In this document: positions 28,586 to 37,201 of the stretch, in pieces | Layout of the letters: every line of letters starts with the position of its first letter | Numbering within the stretch: position 1 is the first letter of the stretch | Assembly: GCA_963766935.1 (NCBI GenBank) | Contig: CAVYBY010000007.1 | Location: 3,911 to 67,910, forward strand | Length of the DNA: 64,000 nt | Origin: an uncultured Actinomycetes bacterium | GTDB taxonomy: Bacteria > Actinomycetota > UBA4738 > HRBIN12 | Direction: 5' to 3' | The notes under the pieces: generated by a model | The model's input: only the letters and a program-made list of their open reading frames with translations | The model's database searches: none | Told to the model about the DNA's origin: nothing | Position numbers and translations under genes: made by a program

Positions 28586-30037
28586 TCAGTCGGCCAGGTT
28601 CACGTAGACCGACTTGCGCTCGAGGAAGTCCTCGACGCCCTCCTTGCCCAGCTCCCGGCCGATCCCGGACTGCTTGTAGCCGCCCCAGGGCATCTCGGTC
28701 GGCGCCGGCTGCGTGTCGTTGATCCACACGATGCCGGACCGCAGGGCCCGGGCCGTCGTGAGCGCCTTCTTGATGTCGTTGGTCCACACCGCCGCCGCGA
28801 GGCCGTACTCGTTGTCGTTCGACATCGCGACGACGTCCTCGACGGTCGTGAAGGGGATGACGGACATGACCGGGCCGAAGATCTCCTCGCGCGCGATCGT
28901 CGCCGAGTTGTCGACGTCGGCGAAGACGGTCGGCGGCACGAAGTAGCCGTTGGCCAGCTTCGGGTCCGACGGCAGCTCGCCCTGCGCGGCGAGCTTCGCC
29001 TCTGTTTCGCCGATCTCGATGTACCGGGCGACGCGCTCCTGCTGCTCGCGGGAGACGAGCGGGCCCATGGTCGTCGACTCGTCGAGGCCGGCGCCGAGCT
29101 TCACGGACCGGGCGCGCTCGACGATCGCACCGAGCGCGTCGTCGTAGATCGCGCGGTCGACGAAGACCCGCGACCCGGCCGAGCAGATCTCGCCCTGGTT
29201 CCAGAAGACCCCGTTGGCCGACCCCTCGACCGCGGCCTCGAAGTCGGCATCGGCGAAGACGATGTTCGGCGACTTCCCGCCGAGCTCGAGCGTCACGCGC
29301 TTCAGCGTGTCCGCCCCGCTCCGCATGATCATCTTCCCCACCTCGCGAGACCCGGTGAAGCTGACCTTGTCGACGCCGGGGTGCGCCACGAGCGGGGCCC
29401 CGGCCGTTTCGCCGAATCCCGTCAGCACGTGCAGGACGCCCTTGGGCAGACCCGCCTCTTCGAGAATCTTCGGAATCTCCAGACAGGTGAGCGGCGTCTG
29501 CTCCGGCGGCTTGAGGATGAAACAGCATCCCGCGGCGAGCGCGGCCGCGAGCTTCTGCGACGCCATCGCCATGGGGTAGTTCCACGGCGTGATCCCGACG
29601 GCGACTCCCATGGGCTCCTTCCAGACCATGAACATCGCGTCGGCCTCGCCCTGGTGGACGTCGCCGTCGATCTTCGTGGCCCAGCCCCCGTAGTACTCGT
29701 ACATGAAGGCGATCTCGATCAGGTCTTCGCGCGCCTCGCCGATGGGCTTGCCCGAGTCGCGCGACTCCAGCGTGGCAAGACGCTCCGACTCGCGACGGAC
29801 GATCTCGGCCGCACGAAGGAGGATCCGTCCGCGTTCGCGCGAGGGCATGCCGGGCCACCACGTCCCCTCGTCGAAGGTTCGCCGGGCGGCGGCGACCGCC
29901 GCGTCGACGTCGGCGGGCTTCGAGTCGGGCGCGGTCGCGATGACCTCACCGGTCGAAGGGTCGAAGACGTCGAAGCGCGACCCGTCGGCCGCGTCGACCC
30001 AGTTGCCGTCCACGTAGTTCTGCAGAGCGTCTGCCAT
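28586..30037 (-). CDS. Aldehyde dehydrogenase (betaine aldehyde / aminoaldehyde dehydrogenase-like)
   Basis: ITPWNYP, KPPEQTP, FTGSREVG, LELGGKSP, NQGEICSAG, EEIFGPV, WGGYKQSGIGRE. ATG at 30037. Confidence 0.92.
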   Translation of the reverse strand: MADALQNYVDGNWVDAADGSRFDVFDPSTGEVIATAPDSKPADVDAAVAAARRTFDEGTWWPGMPSRERGRILLRAAEIVRRESERLATLESRDSGKPIGEAREDLIEIAFMYEYYGGWATKIDGDVHQGEADAMFMVWKEPMGVAVGITPWNYPMAMASQKLAAALAAGCCFILKPPEQTPLTCLEIPKILEEAGLPKGVLHVLTGFGETAGAPLVAHPGVDKVSFTGSREVGKMIMRSGADTLKRVTLELGGKSPNIVFADADFEAAVEGSANGVFWNQGEICSAGSRVFVDRAIYDDALGAIVERARSVKLGAGLDESTTMGPLVSREQQERVARYIEIGETEAKLAAQGELPSDPKLANGYFVPPTVFADVDNSATIAREEIFGPVMSVIPFTTVEDVVAMSNDNEYGLAAAVWTNDIKKALTTARALRSGIVWINDTQPAPTEMPWGGYKQSGIGRELGKEGVEDFLERKSVYVNLAD

Positions 30038-30130
30038 GGGTTTCTCCTTCGAAAGCGGTTGGATCGGCCGGGTACTCCTGAAGCTCACAGGAAGATCTGA
30101 GGGTATCGCCCCGGCGCGCGGGGCGCACTG

Positions 30131-30943
30131 CTACGACCGAGCGGGCGGTCGCTGCGCGAGACCCCACGCATCGGCGCCACCGTCGACCACGACCGTGGTG
30201 CCGGTGATGTATCCGCCGCCGGCCGACGCGAGAAACGCGATGGTCGCGGCCACCTCATCCGCGGAGCCGGCGCGTCCGGCCGGGACCTCCGCGGCCAGCT
30301 CGCCGACGAGATCCGGACCGCCGTACTGCGCGAGCCCTTCGGTGTCGATCAGCCCGCACGAGACGCATACGGCCCGGATCCCGTACTTCGACCACTCCAG
30401 CGCGATCCCGGCTGCGAAGGTCTCGAGCGCGGAGCGCGCCATCGACGAGTGCACCATCCCCGGGATCCCGCGGCGTGGGCTCAGGCCGACGAACGCGACG
30501 AATCCGCCCCGGTTCGGGATCATCCACCGGGCCGCGACCTGCTGCGTGAGGTACCACGGCGCGTCGACGTTCAGGCGGTGGACGGCGCGCATCCCCTTCA
30601 GCGAGGTCTGCTCCAGCGGAGCCGAGAACTGCCCGCCCGCGTTGTTCACCAGCACGTCGACCGCGGGCCAGCGTCCGGAGACCGCGTCGAGAAAGGCGTC
30701 GACCTGCTCGGGCTCACGAACGTCGCACGGTGCCGCGAGCACGTCTCGCCCTGCCTCCTCCAGCTCGGCCCGCACCGCCTCCAGCGGCTCGGACCGCCGG
30801 CCGCAGATCGCGACGCTCGCTCCCGTCCGGGAGAGCTCGCGGGCCGTCGCTCGGCCGATGCCGGTGCCACCCCCCGTGACGATCGCCACGCGACCGGCAT
30901 TCGCGTCGTCTCGCAGCGGCGATCGGAACGGCTGCTCTACCAT
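30131..30943 (-). CDS. SDR family oxidoreductase
   Basis: VTGGGTGIG, LVNNAGGQF, HSSMAR, YITGTTVVVDGG. Confidence 0.88.
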   Translation of the reverse strand: MVEQPFRSPLRDDANAGRVAIVTGGGTGIGRATARELSRTGASVAICGRRSEPLEAVRAELEEAGRDVLAAPCDVREPEQVDAFLDAVSGRWPAVDVLVNNAGGQFSAPLEQTSLKGMRAVHRLNVDAPWYLTQQVAARWMIPNRGGFVAFVGLSPRRGIPGMVHSSMARSALETFAAGIALEWSKYGIRAVCVSCGLIDTEGLAQYGGPDLVGELAAEVPAGRAGSADEVAATIAFLASAGGGYITGTTVVVDGGADAWGLAQRPPARS

Positions 30944-30953
30944 GCGCCGCAGT

Positions 30954-31835
30954 ATGGCCGAGGAGCTGCTGCCCGGACATCGGCGAGACGTCGAGGGCGC
31001 CGGTGGCGTTCGCCTGTCGGTGAGGGATGTCGAGGGCCCGTCGCCCGGCGCGCCGGCGCTGCTGCTGCACCACGGGCTCGCCTCGTCGCAGCGGATCTGG
31101 GACCTCATGCTCGCGCCGCTGTCGGCTCGCTTTCGCATCGTCACCTATGACGCGCGCGGCCACGGGCTGAGCGAGAAGCCGGCGAGCGGCTTCGGATTCG
31201 ACCACGTCGTCGAGGACCTGCTCGCGGTCGTGCGCGCGACCCGGCTTCGGCGCCCGGTCGTGGTCGGGCACTCGTGGGGAGCGTCGGTGGCCCTCGCCGC
31301 CGTGGCCCGGCACCCCCGGTCGCTTGCCGGCGCCGTGCTCGTCGACGGTGGCCTCGTGTCGCTTGCCTCTGACGGCGCCACCTGGGCCGAGACGAAAGCG
31401 CGGCTCGCCCCGCCGCCGCTCGCGGGGATGCCGCTCGAGGAGTTCCTTGGGCACGTGCGCCGGCACCTCGGCGCCGACCTCGACGTCACGCCGGAGATCG
31501 AGGCGGTCACCCGGTCGCTCGTTCGGGTGGACGGGAGGGGGGGCATCCATCCGCGGCTGTCCCGCGCCAACCATTTCCGAATCCTGCATGCCATTTGGCG
31601 TCAGAACCCGGCCGCGCTCCTGCCCTCGCTCCGAACCCCGGCACTCGCGATCCTCGCAACCGGCGACGGCCCGCCCACCGCCTGGGCCCGCCGGATCGCC
31701 GCCGAGGCGAAGCGCGCCGCGCCGGACGGGCTGCTGCGCGTGTCGTTCATGCGAGGGATCCACGATCTCCCGCTGCAGCACCCGGCAGACCTGGCGCGAG
31801 GGATCGAACGTTTCGCGTCCGAGATCGTAGGCTGA
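30954..31835 (+). CDS. Alpha/beta fold hydrolase
   Basis: LHHGLAS, YDARGHGLS, GHSWG nucleophile elbow, GIHDLPL (His). Confidence 0.88.
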   Translation: MAEELLPGHRRDVEGAGGVRLSVRDVEGPSPGAPALLLHHGLASSQRIWDLMLAPLSARFRIVTYDARGHGLSEKPASGFGFDHVVEDLLAVVRATRLRRPVVVGHSWGASVALAAVARHPRSLAGAVLVDGGLVSLASDGATWAETKARLAPPPLAGMPLEEFLGHVRRHLGADLDVTPEIEAVTRSLVRVDGRGGIHPRLSRANHFRILHAIWRQNPAALLPSLRTPALAILATGDGPPTAWARRIAAEAKRAAPDGLLRVSFMRGIHDLPLQHPADLARGIERFASEIVG

Positions 31836-31840
31836 GACAG

Positions 31841-32047
31841 ATGGGCTGGTTCATCCTGATCCTGCTGCTGCTCGCCGCCGCATTCGGCATCCTCGCGGCG
31901 GTGGTGAAGGTGGTCGCGTTCATCGTGCTCACCATCCTGCTCACCATCGCCGTGCTGGTGGCGATTGCCTGGTACGTGCTCAAACACCAGATGCGGCGGA
32001 TCGGCAGCCAGCTGACGACGCCACCGGGTCGCGACGACCGCTACTGA
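31841..32047 (+). CDS. Small hydrophobic membrane protein (68 aa)
   Basis: A roughly 45-residue hydrophobic stretch followed by a basic tail. It fills the gap between co-directional genes. Confidence 0.6.
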   Translation: MGWFILILLLLAAAFGILAAVVKVVAFIVLTILLTIAVLVAIAWYVLKHQMRRIGSQLTTPPGRDDRY

Positions 32048-32114
32048 GCCGCCGGGCCTCGCCGCGGTCCTCGACGAGCTTCTCGCGGCCGCAGATTCCG
32101 CTCGCATCCCCGGG

Positions 32115-32780
32115 ATGGCACGCGTGGGGATCCGCGTCGAGCGCGCGCTGGGCGTGAGCCTCCCCTCGATCCGGAAGATCGCGCGGCGCCTCGGAACGGA
32201 TCACCGGCTGGCGCTCGGACTGTGGCGGTCCGGGGTGCACGAAGCGCGAATCCTCGCGACGCTCGTGGCCGATCCGGCAGCCATGACGGCGGCCGAGGCC
32301 GACCGGTGGGTTCGGGACATCGACTCCTGGGACGTGGGGGACGCCGCGGCGGACTTGTTCTGGGCGCTCCCGGGACGAGAGGAGCGGATCCGCGCCTGGG
32401 CGAGACGCCCGGAGGGATTCGTCCGGCGTGCGGCGTTCGCGATGATCGCGCGCCGCGCCGTCTCGGATCGTGATGCGTCCGACGCGGCCTTCCGCCGGTA
32501 CCTGCCGCTCATCGAACGCGGCGCACTCGACGACCGCAACGAGGTGAAGAAGGGCGTGAACTGGGCGCTGCGCCAGATCGGGAAACGGAACCGGGCGCTG
32601 AACGAGGCCGCGGCCGGGACGGCCGCCCGGCTCATCGAGCTCGACTCCCGAAGTGCTCGCTGGGTCGGACGCGACGCGCTTCGCGAACTGAAGAGCGAAG
32701 CGGTGCAAGAGCGGCTGCGTTCGTCTGCGCGTTCTGGAGCCGGGGCGGGCGGACACCCGCCCCGGCCGAGAACGAGGTAA
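32115..32780 (+). CDS. alkD: DNA alkylation repair protein (AlkD-like HEAT-repeat glycosylase)
   Basis: LGVSLPSIRKIA, LWRSGVHEARILA, IDSWDVGD, FVRRAAF, VKKGVNWALRQIGKRN. The true start may lie further upstream. Confidence 0.82.
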   Translation: MARVGIRVERALGVSLPSIRKIARRLGTDHRLALGLWRSGVHEARILATLVADPAAMTAAEADRWVRDIDSWDVGDAAADLFWALPGREERIRAWARRPEGFVRRAAFAMIARRAVSDRDASDAAFRRYLPLIERGALDDRNEVKKGVNWALRQIGKRNRALNEAAAGTAARLIELDSRSARWVGRDALRELKSEAVQERLRSSARSGAGAGGHPPRPRTR

Positions 32781-35084
32781 CTACTCCGATCCGTGCTCGC
32801 CGGCCTGAACGAGCTCGGCCGGCGTATCGGGGATGGAGACCATCTCCGGCTCGTGACCCTCGACGTTCAGCTTCGGGAGCCACTCGAGCCACGACGGCAG
32901 GTACCAGTTCCAGTCACCGAGCAGGCGCATCCCCGCCGGGACCAGCAGCGTCCGGACGATCGTCGCATCCATGAAGACGGCGACGGCCAGGCCGAAGCCC
33001 ATCTGCTGGAGCGGTCCCAGGCGTCCCGAGGCGAACCCGGTGAAGACCACCACCATGATCAGGGCCGCTCCGGTGATGATCCCGGCCGTTGTTCGCAGGC
33101 CGTAGGCGACGGCCTCGGTGTTGACGTGGGTCTTGTCGTACTCCTCCCGGATCCTCGACAGGAGGAACACGTGGTAGTCCATCGACAACCCGAACAGGAT
33201 CGAGAACAGGAACAACGGCAGCCACGCCTCGATCGCATCGCTTTGATGGAAGTCGAACCCGATCGCGTTGAAGAACCCGATCCCGACGCCCTTTTGGAAG
33301 ACGAGCGTCACGGCGCCGTAGGCCGCGCCCACGGAGAGCAGGTTCATCAGGATCGCCTTGATCGGCAGGATCAGCGAACGGAACACGACCAGCAACAGCA
33401 GGAACGACAGACCGAGCACGAAGGCGAGCACGATCCACTGGTACGTGTCCGTCTGGTGGATGAAGTCGAAGTAGATCGCCGTGTTCCCACCGACGAAGAC
33501 CTCCACGTTCGGAACCGAGCCGAACGCCGCGGGAACCGCCGTGGACCGCAGCTGGTCGATCGCGTTGAACGCAGCGTCGTCCTGCGTCTCTCCCTTGAAG
33601 AAGGTCGAGATCTCGACCGACTTCCCGTCGGCCGATGTCGTCACGGTGGATTTCGGCGAGAGCGCCGGCATCGACGCGATCTCGGTCTGCAACGCCGAGA
33701 TGGCCGCCGTGGCCTCGGAGCTCTGGACGTCGCCGGTCACGATGATCTGGGCCGGGTCGGTGAGCCCGCCGGCGAACTTCTGCTCGAGGGTGAGGAAGGC
33801 CGCCTTGGCGGGAACGTCGGGCAACTCGGCGATCGAGGTCGAGCTCCCCTTGTGCATCTGGAAGTAGAACGATCCCAGGACCCCCAGCACGAGCACGCTC
33901 GCGACCAGGAACACCCACGGGCGCGCCATCACGCGGCGCGCGAGACGGTCCCAGAACCCCCCCGGGACGTCGTGCGGCGTGTCGAGCCTGGCCCGCTTTG
34001 ACAGCCGCGGCCAGTTGATCCGGTCACCCAGCTTGGCCAGCAGGGCCGGCAGCAGCGTCATGGAACCCGCCAGCGACACCACGGTCACGAAGATGGCCCC
34101 GGCCGCGAGGGCCCGGAAGATCGTCGTGGGAATGATGAACATGCCGAGCAGCGCCAGCACCACCGTCATGCCGCTGAAGAAGACGGCGCGGTTCGCCGTC
34201 GCCCCCGCGGCCCCGATCGCCTCGAGGATCGCGAAGCCCTTCTTCCGCTCCTCCCGAACGCGGGAGACGATGAACAGGGAGTAGTCGATCCCGACCGCCA
34301 GCCCGATCATCGAGATGATGTTGGTGACGAACAGGTTGAACTCGACCAGCTGACCCACGAGCGCGACGATCCCGAGGGCGATTCCGATCGCGAGGATGGC
34401 CACGAGAATCGGAACCAGCGCGGCGATGACCGCGGCGAACACCACGACCAGCACGATGAGCGCGACGGCGATCCCGATTCCCTCGCCCTTGCGGGCGTCC
34501 TCCTCGGCGATCGTCGTGAAGTCGGCGTTCATCGCGGCCTGACCCGCCAGCTGGACCGTGTACCCGTCCTTCGCGTTGGCGGCCAGGAGGTCACGCAGAT
34601 CCTCGACGATCGGGGTCCCGTCGTCGGTGAGGGGGACCGTGATGAGGGTCGCGCTCTTGTCGGTCGAGACGAGCCCGGCGGCCTGATCGGGGGCATTGGC
34701 AACCGCGTCGTAGTACGTCGTGGGCGGCGCCGCGGCGATGACCGCGCCGTCGGCGTCCTTCGCCCCGGCGAGTGCGCCCTGGAGCTCCTGCACGTAGGCC
34801 TTGAAGTCGGCGTCCTCGACGGTCGCCGCGTCGGACTCGACGATGACGTACTCGGTGTCCTTGATGTCCTTGCCGCCCTGATCCGGCGTGAACTGCGCGT
34901 CGATCAGGTCCTGAGCCTTGATCGACTCGGGACGGTTCGTGAACCGGATGTCGTTCGTGAGGACGCCGCTCAGCAGCGTGCTGGACATGGCCCCCATGAA
35001 CACCAGCACCGCGACCCAGATCCCGATCGTGCGCCACGGGTGACGGCTGCTCGCGCGAGCGAGCGCTTCCGGATTCAGCTTCAT
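32781..35084 (-). CDS. MMPL family (RND superfamily) transporter
   Basis: IGLAVGIDYSLFIVSRVREE and LFGLSMDYHVFLLSRIREE; two repeats of 6 TM segments. Confidence 0.92.
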   Translation of the reverse strand: MKLNPEALARASSRHPWRTIGIWVAVLVFMGAMSSTLLSGVLTNDIRFTNRPESIKAQDLIDAQFTPDQGGKDIKDTEYVIVESDAATVEDADFKAYVQELQGALAGAKDADGAVIAAAPPTTYYDAVANAPDQAAGLVSTDKSATLITVPLTDDGTPIVEDLRDLLAANAKDGYTVQLAGQAAMNADFTTIAEEDARKGEGIGIAVALIVLVVVFAAVIAALVPILVAILAIGIALGIVALVGQLVEFNLFVTNIISMIGLAVGIDYSLFIVSRVREERKKGFAILEAIGAAGATANRAVFFSGMTVVLALLGMFIIPTTIFRALAAGAIFVTVVSLAGSMTLLPALLAKLGDRINWPRLSKRARLDTPHDVPGGFWDRLARRVMARPWVFLVASVLVLGVLGSFYFQMHKGSSTSIAELPDVPAKAAFLTLEQKFAGGLTDPAQIIVTGDVQSSEATAAISALQTEIASMPALSPKSTVTTSADGKSVEISTFFKGETQDDAAFNAIDQLRSTAVPAAFGSVPNVEVFVGGNTAIYFDFIHQTDTYQWIVLAFVLGLSFLLLLVVFRSLILPIKAILMNLLSVGAAYGAVTLVFQKGVGIGFFNAIGFDFHQSDAIEAWLPLFLFSILFGLSMDYHVFLLSRIREEYDKTHVNTEAVAYGLRTTAGIITGAALIMVVVFTGFASGRLGPLQQMGFGLAVAVFMDATIVRTLLVPAGMRLLGDWNWYLPSWLEWLPKLNVEGHEPEMVSIPDTPAELVQAGEHGSE

Positions 35085-35143
35085 CGATCCCTACCCCCCT
35101 TTGATCGAAGCCGCTGTGGCTCCGCGAAGACGTACGATGTATG

Positions 35144-35179
35144 TTTACAGCGTACGGCAGTGTACACGTACACCGTAAG
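35144..35179. promoter_or_regulatory. Paired TetR-type operators between the divergent mmpL and tetR genes
   Basis: TTTACAGCGTACG (35144-35156) and CGTACACCGTAAG (35167-35179). Both have a TAC-N3-GTA core and are inverted relative to each other. Confidence 0.65.
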
Positions 35180-35245
35180 GCGTCAACCCAAAGACGCCGG
35201 ATCCCGGGATCGCCGGGACCCATCGACGATACAAAAGGATCGACG

Positions 35246-35917
35246 ATGACCCAACGGAAATCCGCGGCGAGGGAGCGTCTGTCTCGTGAACGCATCGTGG
35301 CGGGTGCCCTGGCGATCATGGACCGGGAGGGTCTGGACGCCGTCTCGATGCGCCGGGTCGCACACGAGCTCGGTGTGGAGGCCATGTCCCTGTACAACCA
35401 CATCGGGGACAAGGACGACCTGCTCGACGGCATCTGCGACATGGTCATGAGCGAGTTCCAGTTCCCGGAGCCGTCGCAGGACTGGGAGGAAATGGTCCGG
35501 GCGGGAGCGCGAGCCTGGCGCGACCTGCTCCGCTCGCACCCAGCGACGATCCGGCTGTTCGCCGAGCGGAAGAGACCGACGAGCAATGCCCGGGCGTTGC
35601 GGCCGATGGAATTCGCGCTCGGCGTGCTTCGGCAGACCGGTCTGAACGACGACGACACCGTGCAGGCGTTCCAAGCGTTCGGCGGCTACATCCAGGGGTC
35701 GGTCATGATGGAGATGAACCCGCTGATCGGCGAGGACAAGACGGAGCACCGCAATGCACACCATCAGTTGGCGGACGAGCTCCCGCGCGAGGAGTTTCCC
35801 TGTCTCGTCGACGCGCTCCCCCGCCTCGACGCGTGCGACCCGGACGCGTTGTTCGAGTTCGGCCTCGATCTGATGATCGCCGGACTGCGCGCCCGGGCCG
35901 CGGCGCCGGCTTCCTAG
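35246..35917 (+). CDS. TetR/AcrR family regulator (TetR_C type)
   Basis: LSRERIVAGAL...GLDAVSMRRVAHELGVEAMSLYNHI; C-terminus FEFGLDLMIAGL. Confidence 0.93.
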   Translation: MTQRKSAARERLSRERIVAGALAIMDREGLDAVSMRRVAHELGVEAMSLYNHIGDKDDLLDGICDMVMSEFQFPEPSQDWEEMVRAGARAWRDLLRSHPATIRLFAERKRPTSNARALRPMEFALGVLRQTGLNDDDTVQAFQAFGGYIQGSVMMEMNPLIGEDKTEHRNAHHQLADELPREEFPCLVDALPRLDACDPDALFEFGLDLMIAGLRARAAAPAS

Positions 35918-37110
35918 CGGCGCCGGCGCGCGCGAAGCCCGCTGCGCTTTCCGCCGGCTCCCTTGCTGAAGACGATCCGCGGCGGGGCGACCTTCATGCC
36001 CTCTTCCTCGAACTCCTCGTTGAGGTCGAGCCGCGCAGCCAGCCGGCTGACGTCGCCTTGCTGCTGCGGCGTCACCAGCACGATGCTCGTCCCGGTGCGC
36101 CCGGCCCTGGCCGTGCGGCCTGCTCGGTGCACGTACCCCTTGTCGTCCTGCGGCGGGTCGTAGCTGACGACGAGCGTCACCGAATCGAGATCGAGGCCCC
36201 GCGCGGCGACGTCGGTCGCCACCAGCACGCCGACCTTCCCCGAGTCGAACCGCGACAGCGCCCGCTCGCGAGCCTGCTGGTTCATGTCGCCGTGCAGGGC
36301 GGCGACGGTCAGCCCCTCGCCTCGCAGCTGCCGGGCCAGCATGTCGACGGCACGCTTGGTGTTGACGAACACGAGCACGAGACCCTGCTCGGCCTGCACG
36401 AGCTGCATCAGCGTCGTGAGCTTGTCCTGAGCGGCCACCGGCAGGAAGCGGTGATCGGCCTCTTCGACGACCGAACGATCCTCGCCGGCCACCTCGTGCA
36501 GCACCGCGTCCTTCGTGTAGGCGGTGGCGATCCGGCCGACCGCGCCGTCCAGGGTCGCGGAGAAGAACATCGTCTGTCGCTCCTTCGGCAGGCGGCGGAC
36601 GATCCGGTCGACCTGGGGCTGGAACCCCATGTCGAGCATCCGGTCGGCCTCGTCGAGCACGAGAATCCGAATCCCGTCGAAACGAACGAGCCGCCGTTCG
36701 GCGAGGTCGTCCAGCCGCCCCGGCGTCGCGATCAGGACGTGCGCCTTGTCGACGCCCTCCGCCTGCTGGCGAACGTGCGTTCCGCCGTAGACCGCCTTGA
36801 CCCGCAGACCCTTGGCCTTGGCGATCTCGACGAAGTCGTCGCGAACCTGGACGCACAGCTCGCGCGTCGGCACGAGAACCAGCGCCCCAGGGCAGGGAGC
36901 TCCGGCATCGAGCCGCTCCACGATCGGGATCGCAAAGCCGAGGGTCTTGCCGGAGCCGGTCTTCGACCGGGCGAGCGTGTCCCTGCCGGAGCGGGCGTCG
37001 GCCATCACCATCGCCTGGATGGGGAACGGCATCACGATGCCGCGTTCGGCGAGCGCCTTCACGACCTCATCGGAGACACCCAGGTCGGTGAAGGTCGAAG
37101 GAGCATCCAC
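35914..37110 (-). CDS. DEAD-box RNA helicase
   Basis: Q motif FPIQ, GSGKT, PTREL, TPGRL, DEAD, FSAT, ATDVAARGLD, HRAGRTARAG. Confidence 0.95.
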   Translation of the reverse strand: MDAPSTFTDLGVSDEVVKALAERGIVMPFPIQAMVMADARSGRDTLARSKTGSGKTLGFAIPIVERLDAGAPCPGALVLVPTRELCVQVRDDFVEIAKAKGLRVKAVYGGTHVRQQAEGVDKAHVLIATPGRLDDLAERRLVRFDGIRILVLDEADRMLDMGFQPQVDRIVRRLPKERQTMFFSATLDGAVGRIATAYTKDAVLHEVAGEDRSVVEEADHRFLPVAAQDKLTTLMQLVQAEQGLVLVFVNTKRAVDMLARQLRGEGLTVAALHGDMNQQARERALSRFDSGKVGVLVATDVAARGLDLDSVTLVVSYDPPQDDKGYVHRAGRTARAGRTGTSIVLVTPQQQGDVSRLAARLDLNEEFEEEGMKVAPPRIVFSKGAGGKRSGLRARRRR

Positions 37111-37115
37111 GTCTC

Positions 37116-37167
37116 AGAGGCTACCGCCGAAACGCCTCTCGGAAAGCTCCCGCGGTGGGTAACCTCT
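37116..37167 (-). promoter_or_regulatory. Structured 5' leader of the DEAD-box helicase gene (putative)
   Basis: On the minus strand AGAGGTTACC pairs with GGTAGCCTCT (10 bp, one G-U). The stem ends 5 nt before the GTG start. Confidence 0.45.
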
Positions 37168-37201
37168 CAGTCCCGAACGAATCCAACCGACGGGAACGAG
37201 G

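Noticed and set aside
7487-29861. Apparent giant ORFs or fusions in the track (7487-10723, 13190-15997, 19899-22577, 27402-29861)
   Set aside because: The N-terminal extensions are off-frame read-through of upstream genes. Real starts are at 9937, 14644, 21998 and 28523.
32781-35917. MMPL-TetR divergent pair as a novel system
   Set aside because: This is a common, well-described actinobacterial arrangement, recorded as features only.
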